The translations under genes and the position numbers were made by a program. From Octopus sinensis (Eukaryota): DNA of 64,000 nucleotides. Positions 1-12,115 of this stretch are shown piece by piece (within the stretch, counting starts at the first letter, position 1; each line of letters opens with the position of its first letter). Under the pieces are notes generated by a model. That model searched no databases. It saw only the letters and a program-made list of their open reading frames with translations, and was not told where the DNA came from. The stretch covers positions 87,420,001 to 87,484,000 of the forward strand of contig NC_043003.1 of NCBI RefSeq assembly GCF_006345805.1, read 5' to 3'.

Positions 1-743
1 GACACAAACAAAATAACTGAAACAGAGGGGGAGAGTAATTTGGAATAAAAACATTAAAAAGAAAGAAAAGAAAAACAGCAACAATGACGTCAAAGACAAC
101 AGCAGCATCAAAAGAATCTTCAGTTCACTATTTACCTTCTTCGAAAGGAGGATTTGTAAAACGTTAGTCAATGAGGATTGAAAAGTTTAGTGTTTCAACA
201 TCTTGCTCGTCAATGAAGAAAAGAATAATAAAAAAAAAACAAATGTTGGCCTCGCAGTTGGCAGTAAATGGCAAGAGACCAAAACTTGTCATTCTTTTTG
301 ACTTCTTGTAGCTAATACAGACCCTCTTTGGTTTGTTTGAATTCCAGGCTTCCTCCCCCCACTACAGTTTCCAATATTTACAATACAAAGGTGAGGACAC
401 ATGGGATTCAAGTTAACAGCAAATCTTTCTTATCTTTATATTTTATCTTTTACTTGTTTCATTCATTATGCTGTAGCCATGCTGGAGCACCACTTTGAAC
501 GTTTTCTTTTCAGTACTGCAATATCTATTTATGCCTAGGTGGACTTACTTTTGGGAATTAAGCCCTTAAATATCAATTAAAACACAACACTAGACTGGAT
601 GGAAAAGACAGTACAGATAATTATCTACTGTAAACAGCAGCAGTACCTACTGTAGCAACAGCAGTATACATACTGTATGCAACAAAAGCAGTACCTATAT
701 TAGCAACAGCAGTAGCACCTATATTAGCAACAGCAGCAGTAGT

Positions 744-1093
744 GGAGGCGCAATGGCCCAGTGGTAAGGGCAGCGGACTCGCGGTTGGAGGATCGCGGTT
801 TCGATTCCCAGACTGGGCGTTGTGTGTGTTTATTGAGCGAAAACACCTAAAGCTCCACGAGGTTCCGGCAGGGGGTGGTGGCAACCTCTGTTGTACTCTT
901 TCTCTCACTCTTTCTTCCTGTTTCTTGTCCCCAACTTCCTACGCAACTGCTGAGCTTGGATGCGCATTCATTCATCCGTCGATATTCTCAGTGTTGGGGG
1001 TTGACCTGCTTTCTCTTCCGTGGATCTTACGAATAGCAAAAGACCAGGTTTCGGACTTCTCCCAAGCGGACGAAGACCGATTCACTCAACAAA
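744..1093 (+). mobile_element. tRNA-derived SINE, family C head (GGAGGCGCAATGGCCCAGTGG), tail type 3
   Basis: A-box/B-box-like head (TGGCCCAGTGGT ... GGTTTCGATTCCC) shared with copies at 21101-21389, 31355-31735 and 43266-43634; inserted in a degenerate CAG/AGT simple repeat. Confidence 0.8.
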
Positions 1094-1326
1094 CAAACAG
1101 CAGCAGCAGTAACTAAATTAGCAACAGTAGTTGTAATTATACAAGCAACAGCAGGATGCCTACTGTAGCAATACTAGCATTGTCTATATTAGCAACAACA
1201 ACAGTGGCAGTGCCTATAGTAGCAATAACAGCAATACCTATAGTAGCAACAGCGGCAATAAACTATATTAGCAACAATAGGTAGTATACATAGTGCACAC
1301 ACTCGGATTCCCCTACTGCATTTTAA

Positions 1327-1545
1327 CCCTTTCGTTACCAACCTGACTGAAACCGCCTCTGGCTCTGTAGTACAAATATCTTGCTTTTGAAAGTTTTGAA
1401 TTAAAATCTTCCACCAAACCTTAGTCACAATTTATGTTCCTAACACTAGCTGAATGATAAAGTTATTTTACTAAATTCTTTGTTATATTTAGAATTAATT
1501 GAAAGAAACACAGAGCATCTCAAAAGAAATATGGTAACAAAAGGG
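1327..1545. mobile_element. piggyBac-type MITE
   Basis: TTAA on both sides (1323-1326, 1546-1549); 14-bp TIR CCCTTTCGTTACCA with 1 mismatch; related copies at 21853-22444 and 34092-34272. Confidence 0.85.
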
Positions 1546-2399
1546 TTAATAACTCCGAAAGAACATGAATCCAGAAGATGCTCTAATAAGAAATTTTTTT
1601 TTTTTCAATTTCGTACATCTACTCCTCTATTTCTGCACAGATCATAAAACCCCTTATTAGATCTTTTCATTATTCTATCTATTTCGTTACCATGTAAACA
1701 TAGTTTAAACATAGTTTCGTCTTCCTTACTGTTGTCTTAAAACAAACTTAAGTTCCTTCACGTGCATTTACTATTCGTCGCCTATTCACTTATTCAAGTT
1801 TGTCACATCGTCATTTATTTCTCTAATTTTGTGCTAGATTGGCTGACCGAAAATTCTAAGATTCTTCAATTCTATTTCACTATTATCAGCATTTGCTGTT
1901 TCATTAAATTATGTTACCCAAAACCCCAAAAGAATATTTTTCTCCCTCGTGTTCTATCCCTGACCACCCTAACTCTGGCCCTCTCTCTCTCTCTCTGTCT
2001 CACTCTGTCTATCTCTGTTTTGCTAACCACTTGCTTCACCAACACTTCCCCCTCATCCACCATCCCACCCTATATAAACTAGCACATGCATTCGGATTCC
2101 CCTACTCCATTTTAATAACTCCGCTGAAAGAATATGAATTCAGAAGATGCACTTGTCTAATTTTGCTATTTCGGGTTATGCCCTCCCACCCCCTGCACTG
2201 GAAGTCACTGTCCTCTGTCATCCTTTGGTTGTCTCCCATGAACACTTCTAAAGGCTTAACACCATCCTCACTCCTACTAAGGGTTTATCTCCTATGTAAG
2301 GTAGTGATCATATAGCACATAAAAATGGTGTAGTGTACGCAGGTTGAAGGCTATTGTTTGTTTATGAATTCTGCCAAATGCAAGCTTTCTTTTCAGGTA

Positions 2400-2832
2400 C
2401 ATGATGCTGCTGTTCCCCATCCCAGGGTCTCACAGGCCCACAATTCCCACACCCTCAGAGTTGACACACTCAACATGGGCACACTGAAAAGTAGGTCTGG
2501 TGAGATTATCGAGATGCTTGAATGGAGACATGTAGATTTGTGCTGCTTCCAAGAAGTAAGGTGGAGAGGAGGTTCCGCTAGGTTCCTCACAGGCAAAGAA
2601 CACAGGTACAAGATTTTCTTGTGGAGAAATGGGTTGCTAAGGTAATCGAGGTAGTCAGAGTATGCAATAGAATACTTATGATTAGATTAGTGCTTCATCA
2701 TGGGTTAGCAACCATTATTTCGGCCTACACCCCTCAGCTGGGGCTACTTGATGGACAGAAAGACCTATTTTATGACACCCTCTTGCAGACTACCTCATTG
2801 ATGAATGACAAGGACCTTCTCTTTGTGGCTGG
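2400..2832 (+). pseudogene. RTE-clade LINE endonuclease fragment
   Basis: TLNMGTL...CFQEVRWRG...IISAYTPQ...LLFVAG matches the APE domain of RTE/BovB-type LINEs. About 45 nt is deleted near 2620 relative to the copy at 58130, shifting the frame. Confidence 0.85.
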
Positions 2833-4824
2833 TAGTAGTAGTAGTAATTTATGTAAGAACTACAGAAGTTCAAGCTATTAAACCATTATGAACTCATCAA
2901 TGTGAGATAACTTGTGGAAATCGTGGGCCAACTCCTATTCTTAGCTCTGATTATACCTTTATCTTTTACTTGTTGCAGTCATTAGACTACAGCCATGCTG
3001 GAGCAACACCTTGAAGAATTTTTAGTTGAACAAATCAACCTCAGGATGTATTTTTTTAAAACCTGGTACTTATTCTCTTGGTCTCTTTTGCTGAACCACC
3101 TAAGTTACAGGGACATAAACACACCAACACCAGTTGTCAAGAGGAGGTGGGTGGGGGGATAAACACAGACACAAAGACACACACATACATATATGTATAT
3201 ATATATGGGTCTCTTTCAGCTTCCATCAACCAAATCCACTCACACAATTTGGGCTGGCCCAAGGCTGTATTAGAAGACATTTGCCCACACCTGCACATGT
3301 AGTTAATTTTTATTTTAAATTCTCAAGCAATGCATATCATCTAATATCCCCCCCCCTTTACATACTTGCATGGGTTGGATGGAGCTTACTTGAGGCAGAT
3401 TTTCTTGGAAATAAATTACACTGCTTGTATGACAGTGACACTCATTTACAACTTTCACATAATGTTAAAACAAGGAGACACACACACACACACACACACA
3501 CGGCTTCTTTCAGTTTTTGTCAACCAAATCCACACAAAAAAGGCTTTAGTTAGCCAACACCCGCACCTACTTCAGATACTGATAAGCAACAAGCAGGGGA
3601 GGAAGGCCAGATAAGGTTATATAATACAGCAATATACAGACTACTATAGTCAGTATGACACACAACAAACTACTGAACACAGATGGTATAAACAGTAACC
3701 TTTGAACTCTAACACAAGCATTAAATTAATACAATATCCAGTTTTCATACTAAAGTCTGATATGAATATGTAAAACTGGTTTCTTTTCTTTCAGCACAAG
3801 GTGAATTTTATTGTTATAGAGCATAGATAGAGTCCACTGAATCAACTCTTGTATATTATTGATACTCTTGTATATAACTGAATATACAAGAGTACAATCA
3901 ACTCTTATCTATTACTAGAGACAGAGATTGAAAGAAAAACAAAATTATTAGCCTTTGGTTCTGCTATTCTAAATTACACTTTATTATAGCCATATCATTC
4001 TTTAAATATCTTTTATCATTTATTTTTTAGTTGTTTGATATAGGGGACCACAGCCATATTGAAGAAGTGCCTTTAAAGTGTTATAGTCAAACAAATTGAC
4101 CCCAGCACTACAGAAACACACACAAACACATATTTAATACACATGCACACACACACACACACAATACACCCACATACATACACATATCTATGGCAGGTTT
4201 CCACATAACTTCCGCCCACCTGATTTGCACACAAAGCATTCATTAGTCCAAGGTGTCGCACAATGACTGAACCTGAAACCATGTACTTTCAAACCAAGCT
4301 TCTTAACCACACAGCTATATCTATGCCTATCAATATTTTTTTTTTTTATATTTCCTCTTCCAATTTTTATTTTCTTGTCCCATTTTAGTATATATTATTT
4401 TATAATCATTATTTTTTTTTTTTTATTCAAAGAACATTCTGGAAAGACAGAAAAGAAATTTGTCTTTTTCTTGATTTCATGACTAATATCAAACACCTCA
4501 GTGTTGAAATATCTGAACACATTAGTTCATTAGAGTGGCATTTATAGACTTCACTTTGTACAATAAATCAGCTGGCAAAGCCCATCCCACTCCAAGAAAT
4601 ACTAACAGGAAGAATTGAAATTAACACTGCAAAGCTAATGAAATACTTATCGCTTTTACAATGCTTGTGCAACATACAGCAGTAAGTTGCAACATACTGA
4701 GAAATTTATCTACAGCACCTACATGTATGAGACCAGAGTGAAATGGATGCCTTGGAGGAAATACAACATAGTTCTGGACAGAGGATACAACCTGCAAACA
4801 CTTTGGATACTTTTTTTTTTTTTT

Positions 4825-5375
4825 TACTTTCTACTTCTTTCAGTCATTTGACTGTGGCCATGCTGGAGCACCGCCTTTAGTCGAGCAAATCGATCCCAGG
4901 ACTTATTCTTTGTAAGCCTATTACTTATTCCATTGGTCTCTTTTTGCAAAACCGCTAAGTTTGGGGCGACAAACACAGACACAACCATACACACACACAC
5001 ACACACACATATGTATATACATATTGGTAAAACGGTAAGATAACAAAAGAAAGAAAAAAACCTCAATTTATGTAAATAGAGGAAATTTATCTGTAAAATA
5101 ATATGTGACAATTATTCGGTGTGGATTTCCACCTTGGCATCCGAAACTCAGAGTTTTATCTTGGCTACCGAATATTTGCCACATATTATTTTACAGATAT
5201 ATATATACATATATACGATGGGCTTCTTTCAGTTTCTGCCTACCAAATCCACTCACAAGACTTTGGTCGGGCCAAGGCTATAGTAGAAGACACTTGCTCA
5301 AGGTACCATGCAGTGGGACTGAACCCAGAACCATCTGGTTGGTAAGCAAGCTTCTTACAACACAGGCACTCCTAA
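4825..5375 (-). mobile_element. tRNA-derived SINE, family A, interrupted by an inverted-repeat insertion at about 5025-5200
   Basis: Same sequence as family A copies at 16600-16990, 27215-27612, 31820-32245, 35998-36372 and 55447-55842. Confidence 0.75.
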
Positions 5376-5789
5376 CTGTTTTGTGACTTATTTCTGATGA
5401 AATACACTGCTTTTGTTTCAGCTAATTTTGAAAATAATCTTGTAGCTTTTATCTTTTACTCATTTCAATCATTTGACTGTGGCCATGCTGGGGCACTTAC
5501 CTTGCAGAATTTTTAGTCAAATGAATTAACCCCAGTACTTTTATCTTTTAAAGCCTGGTACTTATTCTATTGATTCTTTTGCCAAACAGCTAAGTTACAG
5601 GAATGTAAACACACCAACACCTGTTGTCAAGTGGCGGTGGAGGGAAACACTTGGGCTTCTTTCAGTTTCCATTTACCAAATCCACTCACAAGGCTTTGGT
5701 TAGCCTGAGGCTACAGTAGAAGACACTTCCCCAAGGTGTCATGCAGTAGGACTGAATACCAGAACCATGTGGTTGGGAAGTAAGCTTCT

Positions 5790-6022
5790 TATTTCTTTAT
5801 TGCCCACAAGGGGCTAAACACAGAGGGGACAAACAAGGACAGACAAAGGTATTAAGTCGATTACATCGACCCCAGTGCATAACTGGTACTTAATTTATTG
5901 ACCCCAAAAGGATGAAAGGCAAAGTCGACCTCGGCGGAACTTGAACTCAGAATGTAAAGGCAGAGGAAATACTGCTAAGCATTTTGCCCAGCGTGCTAAC
6001 GATTCTGCCAGCTCGCCGCCTT
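5790..6022 (-). mobile_element. tRNA-derived SINE, family B (GGTGGCGAGCTGGCAGAA head), inserted into a family A SINE
   Basis: B-box GAGTTCAAGTTCC on the minus strand; central CCTTTCATCCTTTTGGGGTC...AAGTACCAG domain; the host SINE resumes at 6023. Confidence 0.8.
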
Positions 6023-6607
6023 ACCACACAGTCACATTTGTGCCTATGAAGAATTTAATAAAATATTGTTGTTATTATAACGTTGGAACATAAATTAACA
6101 TGAAATTTTGACGGAAAGTTTTAGTTTAATCTTAATTTAAGCCTTTAGCATTTAAACTGGCCATTTCAAGCCCAAATATTCTACCTGCTTTATGTTCATA
6201 TGACTAGATCTAGCTTCTCACACTCATCCTACAATGTCATTCTAAAAATAAACAATCATAGTATATCCAAATCTTTCAGCTATGAGATAATCCATGAATA
6301 ATTGAAAACAAGGTGAATAAATAAGCATTAAACTTGACGACATAAATGTTAAAGGATTAATACAGTAAACTTGTATCATCGGGTCATGGGTTAGTCTCAA
6401 GTGGGTCAGTATGAAAAGGGTTAATCATCATTCATCATTGTTCGACCGTGGGCTTAAACCATATCAACTAAAGCAGCTACAATACACTTCTAGCAGGAGA
6501 CAGAGGATATGTCCATACCATTGCATGCAATGGATAGCTATGAGGTGAGGGGGCTGTGAACAATTCTTTGTTAGAAATGTACTGGTAGTGAGGTGTGCTG
6601 GTAGTAA

Positions 6608-7023
6608 GGTGGCAAGGTGGCAGAAACGTTAGCACGCCTGGCGAAATGCGTAGCCGTATTTCGTCTGCCGTTACGTTCTGAGTTCAAATTCCACCAAGGT
6701 CGACTTCGCCTTTCATCCTTTTGGGGTCGATGAATTAAGTACCAGTTAGGCACTGGGGTCGATATAATCAACTTAATCCGTTTGTCTGTCCTTGTTTGTC
6801 CTCTCTGTGGTTAGCCCCTTGTGGGTAGTAAAGAAATAGGTATTTCGTCTGCCATTACGTTCTGAGTTCAAATTCCGCCAAGGTCAACTTTGCCTTTCAT
6901 CCTTTCGGAGTCGATAAATTAAGTACCAGTTATGCACTGGGGTCAATATAATCAACTTAATCCTTTTGTCTGTCTTTGTTTGTCCCCTCTGTGTGTAGCC
7001 CCTTGTGGGCAGTAAAGAAATAA
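6608..7023 (+). mobile_element. Family B SINE tandem dimer
   Basis: One full unit followed by a head-truncated second unit; junction AAAGAAATAGGTATTTCGTCTG near 6838. Confidence 0.8.
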
Positions 7024-7187
7024 GAGATGTGCTGGTAGACAATATTTTAAAATTATCATCAATCTCAGCGGTGGTGCCCCAGCATGGCTGCGGCCTTCGG
7101 GCTAAAACATTTTTAAGGATTTAAGGGAATCTACAGGTCCCATAATGTATTTTTCAACAGAAATTTAATGCCCAAAAGGATACTTAC

Positions 7188-7353
7188 TTTTACTGCCATG
7201 ATTTTACCACTGGGACGATGCCTCATTTTCTCTACCACACCATAAGCACCTTGACCCAGGGTACTTAAACTTTCCAAATCATCTGCATCACAATTGAACT
7301 TTTGTCCTCCTATATTGATTTCGGTTTTGGAATCCAAATTACCAGGGGGATTG
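7188..7353 (-). CDS. MAP2K6: Internal exon of a p38-activating MAP kinase kinase (MAP2K3/6, licorne-like), kinase subdomains I-II
   Basis: Encodes NPPGNLDSKTEINIGGQKFNCDADDLESLSTLGQGAYGVVEKMRHRPSGKIMAVK, closely matching MKK3/6 (PPRDLDSK...ADDL...LGRGAYGVVEKMRH.PSG.IMAVK). Polypyrimidine-TTTCAG acceptor at 7356-7354; AAA|GTAAGT donor at 7187; 166 nt, phase 2 to phase 0. Invertebrates usually have a single MKK3/6, so the symbol is approximate. Confidence 0.93.
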
Positions 7354-8468
7354 CTGAAAAAGAAAAAAAAAGAAAACAAGTTAAATAAGATTTAATCATC
7401 ATTTAATGTCTGCTTTTCATGCTGGTATGGGTTGAATGATTTGACAGGACCTGGCAAGGCTGGGACTGACACCTGGTTCCCTTGTCTGTATTAGCATGGT
7501 TTCTACAGCTGGATGACCTTCCTAATGCCAACCACTTTACAGCGTGTACTAGGTGCTTTTTAGGTGGCACTATCACCAGTGTTATTGACTATATATTATT
7601 ACATCTCATCATCATAGATAACATCCACTTTTCTACGTTTGCATGGGTCAGATGAAATTTACTGATGCAATATTTCCCTGAGGGGAGATGTTATTTTTAT
7701 TATTTTTTTTTTACTGAAACCCAAACAGTGATTGTTTTTACACTCATCACATGATGTGAAGGACAAACACACACACACACACACACACACAACTGCTTCT
7801 TTCCGTTTCCATCAACCAAATCCACTCACAAGGCTTTGACTGGCCCAACATTATAGTAGAAGACACTTGCCCAAGGTACAGAGCAATGAGACTGAACTCA
7901 AGACCACATGGATAGGGAACAAATTTCTTAACCTCACAACGACATTGGCACACATGCACACACACAAACTTCAATTACACACCCACTCTGTAAACAGTGT
8001 GAGTATACACGTGTGTACATGTGTGTTTATATATATATATATCTATATAAAATGAAATTTACATATACTATTCTTAGCTAGTTTATATGAAATGGTGGTT
8101 GTTAAATTGGTATCTTTAAAAGCGAAGAGTATTAGTAAGACTAGACCCCCTCCTTTGCAATACTAGCAGTATGATGTCAGCCAGCTGCAAGTATGAATAT
8201 TTGATTAAATTTCCAATAGAAGCCATGTTCACATCACACTAAAATAAAAGGTATGAAGAGAATGCCACAACTGTTACATATTTATCTCCTGTAGAATTTA
8301 GCTTCGTACACTTACTGAAACAAAAACAAAACATAATTTTCCGGTATTGGTATCTGAAATGCTAATTATTTCTATAGTAGTGTTTTCTAACAAAGGCACA
8401 AGGACACAATCTCATCATAACATCGACTTCCCCTTGTTTGCATGAGTCAGATAGAATTTGTTGAGATA

Positions 8469-9729
8469 CGAGAGGCGTTCAATAAGTAATGCACCTGACC
8501 CACTTCCCATAGTAGTAGAGCAACAAAACTCGGCACAGGTATTAGTGGTTTTCTACATAGGAACCACCCAGAGTTACACATTTCTCCCATCGTTTGATGC
8601 AGCTCTGGATACCGTTTTTGTAGAAGACCCCAGCTTGGTCCTCCAACCACAGCGTGACTTCAGAAATCAAGGCTGCATTATCTGGTAAACGCTTTCCTTT
8701 CAAAAACAACTTCATGGGTGGGAAGAGGTGAAAATCAGAGGGTGCAAGATCAGGAGAGTAGGGGGATGGGGGAGAAGTTCATAGCCGCACGCCTGTGCTT
8801 TTGATCTGGCGACATGCGAGTAGTGGACCGGAGCGTTGTCCTGCAGGAGGAGGATGCCTTTGCTGATCTTGCCCCGCCTCTTGATTTTGATAGCTTCTCT
8901 TAATTTCCTCAAAAGTGAAGCATAATAGGCTCCTGTAATTGTGGTACCCTTTGCCAGAAAATCTGTCATCACTACTCCGTCCTGGTCCCAGAAGACTGTG
9001 AGCATGACCTTGCCAGCGGAGGGCTGCACCCTTGCCTTCTTTGGAGGAGGTGAGTCACGGCGCTTCCACTGCATTGACAGGGCTTTGGTCTCTGGATCAT
9101 AGTGATGGACCCAGATTTCATCCTGTGTAATCAGTCTTTTGAAATATTTTGACTCATCTTCTTGGCACATCTCCAAATTTATCCTCGAGCATTCGATGCG
9201 TTCTTGCTTCTGGAAAGGTGTGAGCAACATGGGAATCCATCTGGCAGACACCTTTTGCATATGTAAATGGTCATGAATGATAGTTTCCACAGACCCGGTA
9301 CTAATCTTGACCTCATGGGCTATTTGGCGAATAGTTATGCGTCGATCTTCCAAAATGGCAGCCTCAACTTGACGGACAGATGCTTCATCAATGGCAGAAG
9401 GGGGGCAACCAGATCTGGGAGCTGTTTCCACAGAGTTCCGACCAAGTTTGAATTCACGATGCTAGCGTTTTACAAGGTCATAGGATGGGGCATCATCACC
9501 ATAAGTTACTTTCATTTCATCAAAAGTCTCCCGTGGTGTGCGTCCTTTCAAATACAAAAACCGGATCACTGCTCGACACTCAACAGGCTCCATTTCACAC
9601 CTGACTCAGTTCAAACACCTGTAATTTCCCACTTAATCTATAGAGATATAAATAATTGCACATGCAAAATTTCAGCTAGATCAAACAACTGCAATTGGGT
9701 CAGGGGCATTACTTATTGAACGCCCCTCG
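8469..9729 (-). mobile_element. Full-length mariner (DD34D) DNA transposon, 1261 bp
   Basis: TA duplications at 8467-8468 and 9730-9731; 34-bp TIR CGAG(A/G)GGCGTTCAATAAGTAATGC(A/C)CCTGACCCA with 2 mismatches; inserted into an older repeat. Confidence 0.96.
8542..9593 (-). pseudogene. Mariner transposase with two inactivating lesions
   Basis: ATG at 9593; WIPMLL, TQDE, QDNA and (Y)SPDLAPSD motifs; TAG in place of a Trp codon at 9464-9462; 1-nt deletion in the C-run before YSPDL (about 8761); TAA at 8544-8542. Confidence 0.93.
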
Positions 9730-11305
9730 TACATTTTCTATGGCTGAATGCCCTTTCTATCACCAACTCCTACTTGTTTCCAAGCAAGGTAATATTTTTC
9801 CCACATGACCAGACATGCTTCCATAGAAGGCTGGAAAAGAAGGATACCATATGTATGACAGTGACACTCACTGAATGATTATCAATCAATGTCAAGACAA
9901 GGAAACACACACACACACACACTGACAAGCTCCTTTCAGTTTCAATCTATTAATCCATTAGTATTTAAACTGGTCATATCGGACCCAGATATTGTACCCT
10001 TATGTTCAAACAGACCAGATCAAGCCTCTCAAACCTACCTTAAAATGTCATTCTAAAAATAATCATGTTATTGAAATGTCAAAGTCACAAGATAATGTGC
10101 ACTGAATTCAAAACAATGTGAATAAATAAGAAATACATTTGACAGAGTAATCTGAATACTAAAGGGTTAGACCCACTGTGATTTTGGTCAGCCAGGGGCT
10201 ATTATAGAGGACACTTGCCCAAGATGGTCACATAATGAAACTAAACCCACAATGTGATTTATATCAACACCAGTATTGAACTGGACTTTATTATATTGAC
10301 CTTTTAAAAATGAAAGGTGAAGTCCGTCACAGTAGGACTTGAACTCAAAATGCAAGAGAAGTAACTAAATGCCACAAGGCATTTCTCTAATAACAATATG
10401 CTGTAAATTTAAATTTGTTAACATTAATCCTGTTATCACTATTATTATTATTATTATACAGAGGTAATTTCCAATCCAGCCAAATCTATGGACATATTTT
10501 AAATTTCTAGTTGAAGAAATATTTTGCTTCATTGATATAATTCATGAGAAAAGTGTGAATCTCACTTATCCCTTAGTTATAAATGTTAGGCTTCATGTCT
10601 ACCAGGAAAAGGAAATAGAAAACCATTCCATTCCTCAGATGGTATGAACATCATCATCATTATGGCAATCTACATCTGGAAATAGATAGGTTTCACAAAC
10701 AACCGAGGCAGACTGAAACAAGAAACACATCAGGTAGGTCAACATCCTACTGCCTCAGTCAGCTGTGAATTTGAAAATTCTTTTTAAAAAAAATAAATAT
10801 AAAGGTAATGTAAGAAAACAAAACAAAAAGTGTTAAACTACTACTCAGTGTATTATATCACATTATTTATGAAAAAAAAATGTGGAATTAACTGTGAAAA
10901 CACAAAACATTGCTTTATTTGTTATTATGGTTATTTCAACCATGAGAAACCTTTTAAATAAAACTATTTAATACCCAGAACCAGGCCGTTAGTTTTTGTT
11001 TAATCCAGTTGTGCTATACAACTCGGTCAACAAAAGCTTATATAGTTTCACGTTTGTTTATGTAGCAGTGCATGAGAACTTAAAGATCTGTGTAAAACTG
11101 ACAGTTTACAGGGGGTTAAAGAAAATGGCCTGACCTCCATCATTTTCAGGAGTCCTGTGCTGGGGCCACATACAAAGCACCTGGCACACACTGTAATGTG
11201 GTTGGCATCAGGAAAGGCATCCAGCTGTAGAAACTAAATCAAATCAGACTGAAGCCTGGTGCAGCTCTCCAGCTTGCCAGCTCTGGTCAAACTGCCAACG
11301 CATAC

Positions 11306-11528
11306 CTATTTCTTTACTACCCACAAGGGGCTAAACACAGAGAAGACAAACAAGGACAGACAAACGGATTAAGTCGATTATATGGACCCCAGTGCGTAAC
11401 TGGTACTTATTTAATCGACCCCGAAAGGATGAAAGGCAAAGTCGACCTCGGCGGAATTTGAACTCAGAACATAACGGCAGACTGCTAAGCATTTCGCCCG
11501 ACATGCTAACGTTTCTGCCAGCTCGCAG
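11306..11528 (-). mobile_element. Family B SINE inserted into an RTE 3' tail
   Basis: Family B sequence; the interrupted RTE tail lies at about 11150-11300 and resumes at 11530-11585 with (GAT)n. Confidence 0.8.
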
Positions 11529-11711
11529 CAAACTGCCAACCCATACCAGTATGGAAAACGGATGTTAAAGGATGATGATGAAGATGATGTTCTTGGAAAT
11601 AAGTAAAAGTTGCTTCAACAGAGTTATAAACACAACAAAAATTATAAACATGGTTCATCAAAGCAAAAATAAAATGTTCTATCTTTAATGTTCTAATATT
11701 GTATTGTTTTA

Positions 11712-12115
11712 AAGGTGGCGAGCTGGCAGAATCATTAGCACGCCGGGCGAAATGTGTAGCCGTATTTTGTCTGCCGTTACGTTCTGAGTTAAAATTCTGC
11801 CGATGTCGACTTTGCCTTTCATCCTTTCGGGGTCGATGATTAAATAAGTACCAGTGACGCACTGGGGTCGATGTAATCGACTTAATCCATTTGTCTGTCC
11901 TTGTTTGTCCCCTCTGTGTTTAGCCCCTTGTGGGTAGTAAAGAAATAGGTATTTTGTCTACTGTTACGTTCTGAGTTCAAATTCTGCTGAGGTCGACTTT
12001 GCCTTTCATCCTTTCGGGGTTGATAAATTAAGTACCAGTTACGTACTGGGGTTGATCTAATCAACTGGCACCCTCCCCCAAAATTTCAGGCCTTGTGCTT
12101 AGAGTAGAAAAGAAT
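11712..12115 (+). mobile_element. Family B SINE tandem dimer
   Basis: Same internal junction as the dimer at 6608-7023 (AAAGAAATAGGTATTT near 11947); the second unit ends in an alternative tail. Confidence 0.8.

Noticed and set aside
744-830. tRNA genes at SINE heads (also 21320-21389, 31355, 43266, 55447)
   Set aside because: A/B boxes are present, but each continues into a shared SINE body and I could not build a complete cloverleaf.
3863-3894. Perfect 13-bp hairpin TACTCTTGTATAT / ATATACAAGAGTA
   Set aside because: It is AT-rich, isolated and next to short direct repeats of the same word; local template switching explains it and nothing suggests function.
4609-4681. Possible plus-strand exon (CTAACAG acceptor, GTAAGT donor)
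   Set aside because: One frame is open but has no recognisable similarity or partner exon; such signal pairs are expected by chance.
1-7187. Next MAP2K3/6 exon (expected RIRATVN...LLMDLD)
   Set aside because: No matching translation was found on the minus strand; it probably lies beyond the left edge. An acceptor-like site near 4793 gave no kinase-like frame or good donor.
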